A stretch of 47,146 bases of DNA from an uncultured Victivallales bacterium (GTDB taxonomy: Bacteria; Verrucomicrobiota; Lentisphaeria; Victivallales; GWF2-38-69), in assembly GCA_964625675.1 (NCBI GenBank), contig CAZVCD010000002.1, forward strand, positions 1-47,146. The letters are read 5' to 3'. The notes under the pieces are model-generated. The model ran no database searches, was not told the DNA's origin, and worked only from the letters and a program-made list of their open reading frames with translations. Shown here piece by piece: positions 19,101 to 25,561 of this stretch; positions within the stretch are counted from its first letter, which is position 1; each line of letters starts with the position of its first letter. Both the position numbers and the translations under genes were made by a program.

Positions 19101-19120
19101 TAGTGATTTGCTTTTTAACA
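19101..19120 (+). repeat. Family-1 head fragment (TAGTGATTTGCTTTTTAACA)
   Basis: Matches the head of family 1 but lacks the CAGGA segment. Confidence 0.45.
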
Positions 19121-19156
19121 TAAAGGAGGATAATCTAATACAGATAATCAGGTTTT

Positions 19157-19190
19157 ACTAATTGTTAATCACTAATTGTTAATTATTAAT
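19157..19190. repeat. AT-only palindromic block, second copy of the TAATTGTTAATCAYTAATT core
   Basis: Lies in the divergent hflX / HAD intergenic region. Compare 15779-15810. Confidence 0.6.
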
Positions 19191-19200
19191 GCTCTTAACC

Positions 19201-19240
19201 CTTGCTTGTCCGCCTAAGCCTTGGCGACGGCGGAAATCTT
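19201..19240 (-). repeat. Short form of the GC-rich insert (hairpin TCCGCC-14 nt-GGCGGA)
   Basis: The reverse complement AAGATTTCCGCCGTCGCCAAGGCTTAGGCGGACAAGCAAG shares both ends with the 64-nt insert at 46221-46284 (AAGATCCGCCTTCGCCAGAGGCTT...GGCGGGACAAGCAA). Confidence 0.6.
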
Positions 19241-19831
19241 ATGACTAATAAAGTAATAGCTTTAGATATTGGAAATGTCTGTTGTAATATAGACAAGGAC
19301 GCATGGCTCAAAAAGCTGAACATTCGCGCTGGTAACATTGCCCTCAGAAAAGAACTTAACGCTAAAAAAACAGAGCTGGAACTGGGGATAATTGACGAAG
19401 ATGAATTTTTGGCGGAGTTAAATGACCTTACTGAAAAATCATTTTCAAAAAATGAACTGACTGCGATTTATTGTACTATTATTGAAGACGAAATTGACGG
19501 TATGAACGATTTAATCAATGACCTGGCGGATTCCGGTTTTAAAATAATGTTTTTTTCAGATACGTCTTCGCTTCACCTTAATGAAGTTTATAGCAGACTT
19601 TCTTTTGCTAATTTGATAATTGGTGGTGTCTTTAGTTTTGAAGTTGGTGCTTTTAAGCCTGATATAAAAATGTTTGAAGAGTTTGAAAAACGTTATGGAA
19701 AGCCTGAAATATATATCGATGATTTAGAAAAAAACTGTATTATCGCTAAGGAATATGGATGGAACACGCATTGTTTTGTCTCTCCGGAAAATTGCCGTAA
19801 GGAATTATCACAAATTAGGACATTTCTTTAA
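19241..19831 (+). CDS. HAD-superfamily hydrolase (subfamily IA-like)
   Basis: Motif I variant ALDIGNV, motif II FFSDTS, the K of KPDIKMF, and motif IV YIDDLEKN. ATG 19241 is preferred over the track's TTG 19202, which lies inside the GC hairpin. Confidence 0.7.
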   Translation: MTNKVIALDIGNVCCNIDKDAWLKKLNIRAGNIALRKELNAKKTELELGIIDEDEFLAELNDLTEKSFSKNELTAIYCTIIEDEIDGMNDLINDLADSGFKIMFFSDTSSLHLNEVYSRLSFANLIIGGVFSFEVGAFKPDIKMFEEFEKRYGKPEIYIDDLEKNCIIAKEYGWNTHCFVSPENCRKELSQIRTFL

Positions 19832-19842
19832 GATAGGTTGAG

Positions 19843-19937
19843 TTATACCCAAAGCGAAATGGTTTTCGAAAGATAATAAAAATAAATGAGACTAAAATCT
19901 TACAAATAAGCCAAAAATAAAAATACCTCCGGTATAA
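19843..19937 (+). repeat. Family-2 element, full 95-nt copy (TTATACC...GGTATAA termini)
   Basis: TTATACCCAAAGCGAAATGGTTTTCG...GAGACTAAAATCTT...CCAAAAATAAAAATACCTCCGGTATAA. It ends 37 nt before ATG 19975. Confidence 0.85.
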
Positions 19938-19974
19938 AATTTAATATTTGCAATAAATAATGAGGAGATTAATT

Positions 19975-20319
19975 ATGAATATAAAAAAGTTGTCTGATGT
20001 AGAAATAATGAAAAATGCACATGGTGTTGATGCTAGAAATATATACAATACAGCAGATGCTATGATAACCGTTATTGCATTGGAACCCGGACAATCATTG
20101 AAGCGCCATATTACACCTGTTGATGTAGCCTTTTATGTGCTTGAAGGAACAGGAATAGTTGAAGTTGGTGATGAAAAATTGGAAGTTACAAAAGATACAC
20201 TAATTGAAAGTCCCAAAGACATTGTACATTGCTGGTATAATAAAAGTATTAGCCCATTACGATTCATAGTTGTGAAGGCTCCCAAACCCACAAAAAAAAC
20301 AGTTTTTATAAGCAATTAA
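19975..20319 (+). CDS. Cupin-domain protein
   Basis: Small beta-barrel cupin pattern (GQSLKRHITPVDVAFYVLEGTGIVEVGDEK...VHCWYN). GAGGAG lies 7 nt before ATG 19975. The track start is 19960. Confidence 0.7.
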   Translation: MNIKKLSDVEIMKNAHGVDARNIYNTADAMITVIALEPGQSLKRHITPVDVAFYVLEGTGIVEVGDEKLEVTKDTLIESPKDIVHCWYNKSISPLRFIVVKAPKPTKKTVFISN

Positions 20320-20326
20320 AAGCAAT

Positions 20327-20421
20327 ATATACACAAAGCGAAATGGTTTTCGTTAAATTATAAAAGTAATTGAGGATAAAAGTCCTGCGATAAACCAAAA
20401 ACAAAAATACCTCCGGTATAA
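20327..20421 (+). repeat. Family-2 element, full 95-nt copy
   Basis: ATATACACAAAGCGAAATGGTTTTCG...GAGGATAAAAGTCCT...CCAAAAACAAAAATACCTCCGGTATAA. It ends 27 nt before ATG 20449. Confidence 0.85.
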
Positions 20422-20448
20422 CTCACGCCCAAAAAAAAGGAAAAGATT

Positions 20449-20559
20449 ATGGCTAAAGGAAAAGATGTCCAAAAAAACAACAAGAAAAAAGCAGGAAAAA
20501 CGCTGAAAGAAAAGCGCGATGCGAAAAAAGAGAAGAAATCCCAAAAGGGTAAGGTTTAA
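20449..20559 (+). CDS. Small Lys-rich protein, 36 aa (not in the supplied ORF track)
   Basis: ATG is preceded by AAAAGGAAAAG. The translation is MAKGKDVQKNNKKKAGKTLKEKRDAKKEKKSQKGKV*. The listed minus-strand ORF 20353..20544 is its antisense shadow. Confidence 0.5.
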   Translation: MAKGKDVQKNNKKKAGKTLKEKRDAKKEKKSQKGKV

Positions 20560-20573
20560 TTTTTAAACAAATG

Positions 20574-20656
20574 ATATGACCAAAGCGAAATGATTTTCGA
20601 TAAATAATAAAAGAATAAAGAATGAAAATCATGCCTGGCAGGCATTAAGCATATAA
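20574..20656 (+). repeat. Family-2 element, diverged copy (83 nt)
   Basis: ATATGACCAAAGCGAAATGATTTTCGATAAATAATAAAAG... The ACCTCCGG segment is replaced by the palindrome ATGCCTG-G-CAGGCAT. It ends CATATAA. Confidence 0.65.
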
Positions 20657-20751
20657 CTGAATACTTGCACTACACAGCTAGTAGACTGTCGTTTTTTAGT
20701 TATGTGAGAGTTTTTTTGTTGTGGACTAAAATATAATAGAACAAATTATTA

Positions 20752-21408
20752 ATGACAAATTTTGATAAAATAAAATATTACTCGCCAATAGAAGAAAGCA
20801 TTAATATCATTTCTCATGCGACTGGTTTTATTTTTAGCATTATTGCTCTGATACTTTTGAATTTAAGAGCTGATTTATATGGAGGTTTCTGGAATATTGC
20901 CAGTTTCAGTATTTTCGGTATCAGTCTAGTTGTATTATATGCCGCGTCGACTTTATATCATAGTGCTAAGAAACCAGAGTTGAGAATCAGGTTGAAAGTC
21001 TTTGATCATGCTGCGATTTATGTTCTTATTGCCGGGACTTATACTCCTTTAACAATTATTACACTTCATGGAACAATTGGTTGGGTGCTTTTTACTTTTT
21101 CCTGGACTTTTGCATTCATCGGAGTAATTTTAAAACTATTTTTTACCGGAAGGTTTAGTTTAATATCCACTCTATTATATGTGTTGATGGGGTGGATTAT
21201 GATTTTCGCTATAAAACCATTAATAACCAATTTACCTATTGAAGGCTTGATTTGGTTTATAGCTGGTGGAATGGCTTATACTATAGGTGCAGTTTTATAC
21301 AGTATTAAAAAAATACCGTTCAATCACGCCATCTTTCATATACTTGTTGTGCTTGCCAGCTTTTGTCACTTTATTACAGTGTTCTTTTATGTTTTGCCAA
21401 GAAAATAA
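20752..21408 (+). CDS. Hemolysin-III / PAQR family membrane protein
   Basis: Seven TM segments and conserved His motifs (ISHATGF, STLYHS, FDHAAIY, FNHAIFHILVVLASFCHF). Confidence 0.85.
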   Translation: MTNFDKIKYYSPIEESINIISHATGFIFSIIALILLNLRADLYGGFWNIASFSIFGISLVVLYAASTLYHSAKKPELRIRLKVFDHAAIYVLIAGTYTPLTIITLHGTIGWVLFTFSWTFAFIGVILKLFFTGRFSLISTLLYVLMGWIMIFAIKPLITNLPIEGLIWFIAGGMAYTIGAVLYSIKKIPFNHAIFHILVVLASFCHFITVFFYVLPRK

Positions 21409-21718
21409 TGCAGTATCTGTTTAAGTAGAGATAACTACTAATATCAAAAACAGACTTGGTCACTTTTTTTCAATACTACATTTAATTGTTTCTTTTAATT
21501 CAAAGTTGAATATCGCTGAATTTGTGTAATATTTAGGAATATGTTTAAGTTTGACAAGTCAGTCCCGTTTGAGATATTTACCATAAGAATTTAAGAAGAG
21601 ACGAAAAGATATTTGTCGAATTGTGCGAAATTTCAGTTAACAATCAGTTATGAAAAACTTTTGTGCATGCTATAATTATTTCTGGATTTTAATATATAAA
21701 GAGAATGAGGAATTTTCT

Positions 21719-22525
21719 ATGACGACTGAACTTATGAATAAAGTAAAACAATATTTGGATCATAAAGACATACCCATCTTCGGTGCGGCGAGCGCTGAAT
21801 CTCTGAATCGTACGGCTCCGGAGGGGTTCAGGCCTAAAGACGTTTTACCAGAGGCGAAGAGTGTTCTGATTTTTGCAAAACCAGCATCGCTGGCTTCCTA
21901 TCAAACCCCGAAAAACAATGGCCTTCCTTCCTTTTATATTTCTAATTATCACACCTATTATAGAATGGCTAACGAAGTTGCTAACTCAATTAGCTTTATC
22001 TTAGAAGAAGGAGGTTTTCCTTCTCTCCCTATTCCATCTTATAGTCCGATGAGGCTTGAAAAAGGGCGATATAATGGTTTAATTAGTTTTAAACACGCAG
22101 CTGTGGAAGCAGGCTTGGGAAAAATGGGAAAGAACACACTTCTGATTCATCCGGAACGCGGGAATATTCTAAGGTTTGGCGGGCTTTTGACTACCATGGA
22201 GTGGCCGACGGAAGGGCCGGGTGAGTATCCCGAACTCTGTCCAGAAGATTGCACGCTATGTATAGATGCATGTCCGGTGGGCGCGCTTAAAGATGGGAGC
22301 ATTGATCATTTGAAATGTATGGGGCATTGTATTAAACACACCATGCTCCCTCCTTATTGGTTAATTAAAATTTTGGGGTCACTCTCGCAACGAAGTAATC
22401 GTGTTAAGCGTTTTTTAGAAGTTTACGCATCGGGGTTCTTTGAAAATTATGGTGTGGGTTGTTTTGAGTGTTTAAAGAAATGTCCACATTTTCCTGGACA
22501 TAAGAAAGACGTTAATTTGCCTTAA
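21719..22525 (+). CDS. 4Fe-4S cluster protein, QueG / reductive-dehalogenase-like
   Basis: CPEDCTLCIDACPVGAL ferredoxin-type motif plus a second Cys group (CFECLKKCP). N-terminal region similar to epoxyqueuosine-reductase-type proteins. Start at MTTELMNK (GAGAATGAGGAA upstream). Confidence 0.55.
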   Translation: MTTELMNKVKQYLDHKDIPIFGAASAESLNRTAPEGFRPKDVLPEAKSVLIFAKPASLASYQTPKNNGLPSFYISNYHTYYRMANEVANSISFILEEGGFPSLPIPSYSPMRLEKGRYNGLISFKHAAVEAGLGKMGKNTLLIHPERGNILRFGGLLTTMEWPTEGPGEYPELCPEDCTLCIDACPVGALKDGSIDHLKCMGHCIKHTMLPPYWLIKILGSLSQRSNRVKRFLEVYASGFFENYGVGCFECLKKCPHFPGHKKDVNLP

Positions 22526-22587
22526 GTTAGAATGCTGAATTTGGATTAACTTGTAAAAAAATGAATAAATCAGGAGATATTCTAATA

Positions 22588-23394
22588 ATGAGAAAGATTT
22601 CAATAATTGGTGCGGGTAATATTGGACTTGCAATAGCAAACGGACTCGCTGACTCGAAAGAATTTTCAGCTAAAGAAATAATATTAACAAATAAAAAGTT
22701 TTCAATTCTCGACGGACTTGATAAACGCGGATTCACTCTTGAAAAAAATAACTGTGAAGCTGTCAAAAATTCAGACGTTGTTATTATTACGGTTGAACCA
22801 CAGCATTTAGATAATGTGTTAGACGAAATAGGTACTGTGCTTGTACCCGATAAACATATTTTGATATCAGTTGTTACCGGAGCAAAAATAGAGCAGATAA
22901 GCCAGAAAGCAAGTAAAGGGGTAACAGTAATCCGCGCTATGCCTAACACTGCAATGGCCGTTAGAGAATCTATGACCTGTCTGGCCTCTAATAATGCAAA
23001 CCAGGAATCTATGGATATTGCGCAGCAGATTTTTGATGCCGTTGGAACTACATTGATTATTGAAGAAGAAATGATGAGTGCTGCTACAGCTTTGGCTGCC
23101 TGCGGAATAGCTTTTTTTCTAAGAGCAATAAGAGCTGCATCACAGGGAGGAATTGAAATAGGATTTCATGCAAAGGAAGCACTGGCAATGGCCGCACAAA
23201 CCGCTAAAGGTGCCGCTACTCTACTACTGACAAATAAAAACCATCCGGAACATGAAATAGACAGAGTAACAACTCCTATGGGATGCACAATAGCCGGTTT
23301 AAACAGAATGGAACATGAAGGCTTCAGCTCTGCAATGATCAAAGGCATTACTGTATCTGCAAACAAAGCTGCAGGACTTTATAAAAAAGACTGA
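22588..23394 (+). CDS. proC: Pyrroline-5-carboxylate reductase
   Basis: Rossmann motif ISIIGAGNIGLAI, RAMPNTAMAVRESMT, and the C-terminal dimerisation domain TTPMGCTIAGL. Confidence 0.9.
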   Translation: MRKISIIGAGNIGLAIANGLADSKEFSAKEIILTNKKFSILDGLDKRGFTLEKNNCEAVKNSDVVIITVEPQHLDNVLDEIGTVLVPDKHILISVVTGAKIEQISQKASKGVTVIRAMPNTAMAVRESMTCLASNNANQESMDIAQQIFDAVGTTLIIEEEMMSAATALAACGIAFFLRAIRAASQGGIEIGFHAKEALAMAAQTAKGAATLLLTNKNHPEHEIDRVTTPMGCTIAGLNRMEHEGFSSAMIKGITVSANKAAGLYKKD

Positions 23395-23519
23395 CTGATA
23401 AATTGATGTGATCTTAGGTTTACTGAATATACTATTTGCATATCTAAAGAGTTTTATCAGTGATTTGTATTCCCAGTCTGGAGTGCGGTTGTGTCAACCG
23501 TCTGGTAAAATCTAATACA

Positions 23520-25373
23520 ATGAAGAATAAAATTATATATCAGTTCAAAGACTATTTGATAAAAAAATACGGTAAACCTCTATATCGTGTATCTATAGAT
23601 CTTGCGCTTGACTGTCCACATAGAGACAAGACAGGAAACGGCTGTATCTTCTGCACAGAAGATGGTGCTAAAGCAAGACATTTAACCAGACATTTGGATT
23701 TAAAAACACAGGTGTCTGAAGGTATCAAGTATGTGGAAAGAAGATATAATGCAAATGGGAATTATATTGCCTACTTTCAATCTTACACAAACACCAATGC
23801 TTCTGTTGACATTTTAAAAAAGTATTATGAAGAGGTTTTGGCACAGGCCGATTTTAAAATGCTGATAATTTCTACGCGCTCTGACTGTCTTCCGGATGAT
23901 ATACTTGAATATTTATCTGAACTAAATAATCGCTATGAATTATGGGTAGAGCTGGGAGTACAGTCTGCTAACGATGATACACTTAAACGAATAAATCGCG
24001 GACATGATTTTTCATCGGTTGAAAGTGCAGTAAAAAAATTATCTGCACTAAATATTAAAACTGCAGCTCATATCATATTGGGGTTGCCTGGCGAAAATAT
24101 AGTCGACTATCGAAATACTATCCATAAATTGAGCTGTCTACCTTTCTCCGGAATAAAAATACATAATTTACTTGTCCTTAAAAAATCTCCACTGGCAAAA
24201 GTTTATAACGACATCAATTTACATTTAATGAATGAATATGAATACGCTTCCGCGTTAATTGACATCATACGAAGAATACCTTCAAGCTGGCCGTTAATGC
24301 GAATAAACGCAGATGCTCCGCCTGAAAATATTATCGCACCAAAATGGTCTTTGTCAAAAGGCCAGCTACTGGAATTAATAAAGAACAGTATGCAGCAAAA
24401 TGGATATATGCAGGGTGATTTGATTGAAGGCAGTGCTGACGACAGCGATAAAGATAACGATAACGATAACGACAAAGATAACGATAAAGACAAAGACAAA
24501 GACAACGACAAAGATAAAGATAGTGACAGCAAAAGCATAGCATCATTTCTTAAAGTTAAAACAAACGATGATTCATTTACATTTTACCACCCTGTTTTTA
24601 GAGAAAATTTTCACTCCTTGGCTGGGGCTGCTTCAGAAGCCAAAAAAAAGTTTATTGAACCGGCTATGCTTAAAGAGAAACTACAAAGCAACAATAAGTG
24701 TATCAATATTTTGGATATAGGCTTCGGGCTTGGTTATAATGCTATTGCAGCAGTAAAAGCTGTACAAAAATATGGAGGCAAAGTTAAAATAATCAGTCTG
24801 GAACTAAACAACACTCCCTTAACTCTTGCAAAAGACTTATATAAAGAGGGAACAGTAGAATTTGATATTATTAATACTTTATTGCATAACAATGTATGGA
24901 ATTCAAATTCAGCTGGAATTGAGATTAAATACGGAGATGCTAGAAACAGTATTCGACAGATAATAGAAAAAATCGATATTGTTTTTATGGACGGTTTTTC
25001 TTCTGCTAAAAATCCAGAATTATGGACTTTTGACTTCATAAGAGAAATAGTAAAAAAAATATCTCAAGAAGGATTGATTGTAACATATTCTTCAGCGTTT
25101 CCAGTGAGAGGAGCTTTTTTAAGAAATAAGCTTAATGTCGGTACAACTAAACCATTTGGCAGAAAAAAAGGTGGAACAATTGCATCATTGAATACGGAAA
25201 ATATAAATATACTTCTATCGGAAAAAGAGGCTAATATAGTTTTAAAATCTACAGCTGGTGTTTCTTACAGGGATCCAGAACTTAACTGGCCGGCAAAAAA
25301 AATACTTCAGTATCGTGATAAGTTAGTAAAGCACCTCAGAAATAAAGGTGTTCCTAGATGGTTTAAAGAATAA
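23520..25373 (+). CDS. Fusion protein: radical-SAM (YhcC/TIGR01212-type) N-domain + D/N/K linker + MnmC-type SAM methyltransferase C-domain
   Basis: The N-domain matches E. coli YhcC-type blocks (DCPHRDKTGNGCIFC, YIAYFQSYTNT, LWVELGVQSANDDTLKRINRGHDF, GLPGE). The C-domain carries the MnmC methyltransferase signature (ILDIGFGLGYN, DIVFMDGFSSAKNPELWTFDF, VTYSSA, PFGRKKG). Confidence 0.8.
   Translation: MKNKIIYQFKDYLIKKYGKPLYRVSIDLALDCPHRDKTGNGCIFCTEDGAKARHLTRHLDLKTQVSEGIKYVERRYNANGNYIAYFQSYTNTNASVDILKKYYEEVLAQADFKMLIISTRSDCLPDDILEYLSELNNRYELWVELGVQSANDDTLKRINRGHDFSSVESAVKKLSALNIKTAAHIILGLPGENIVDYRNTIHKLSCLPFSGIKIHNLLVLKKSPLAKVYNDINLHLMNEYEYASALIDIIRRIPSSWPLMRINADAPPENIIAPKWSLSKGQLLELIKNSMQQNGYMQGDLIEGSADDSDKDNDNDNDKDNDKDKDKDNDKDKDSDSKSIASFLKVKTNDDSFTFYHPVFRENFHSLAGAASEAKKKFIEPAMLKEKLQSNNKCINILDIGFGLGYNAIAAVKAVQKYGGKVKIISLELNNTPLTLAKDLYKEGTVEFDIINTLLHNNVWNSNSAGIEIKYGDARNSIRQIIEKIDIVFMDGFSSAKNPELWTFDFIREIVKKISQEGLIVTYSSAFPVRGAFLRNKLNVGTTKPFGRKKGGTIASLNTENINILLSEKEANIVLKSTAGVSYRDPELNWPAKKILQYRDKLVKHLRNKGVPRWFKE
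24438..24533 (+). repeat. In-frame hexanucleotide-type repeat (GAY-AAM/AAY)n encoding DDSDKDNDNDNDKDNDKDKDKDNDKDKDSDSK
   Basis: Read directly. It generates the LSLSLS... shadow ORFs listed on the minus strand. Confidence 0.9.
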
Positions 25374-25484
25374 TAATGCATATTTTTTTTAAGAAGAAAC
25401 TATTGAGATAAAGATATAAAGCAGATATACTTAGTTTGTAGTGATAATTTTACATCCATACAAAATTATTAACAAACTATTTAG

Positions 25485-25530
25485 TATATCTAAAATGAAA
25501 TTGTTTTCGATAAAAATATCTCCGGTATAA
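25485..25530 (+). repeat. Family-2 element, short form (5' hairpin part fused to the ATCTCCGGTATAA end)
   Basis: TATATCTAAAATGAAATTGTTTTCGATAAAAATATCTCCGGTATAA. It ends 31 nt before ATG 25562. Confidence 0.65.
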
Positions 25531-25561
25531 CTCAAAAAACAATCAAAAAGTAACCATTATT

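Noticed and set aside
20353-20544. 63-aa minus-strand ORF
   Set aside because: Its Phe/Leu-rich translation is the complement of a Lys-codon-rich plus strand. The plus-strand 36-aa ORF has an RBS and a sensible context.
24203-24546. Minus-strand ORFs encoding LSLSLSLS... and CLCLCLYRYL... repeats
   Set aside because: These are the antisense reading of the GAY-AAR hexanucleotide linker of the radical-SAM::MnmC fusion, not genes.
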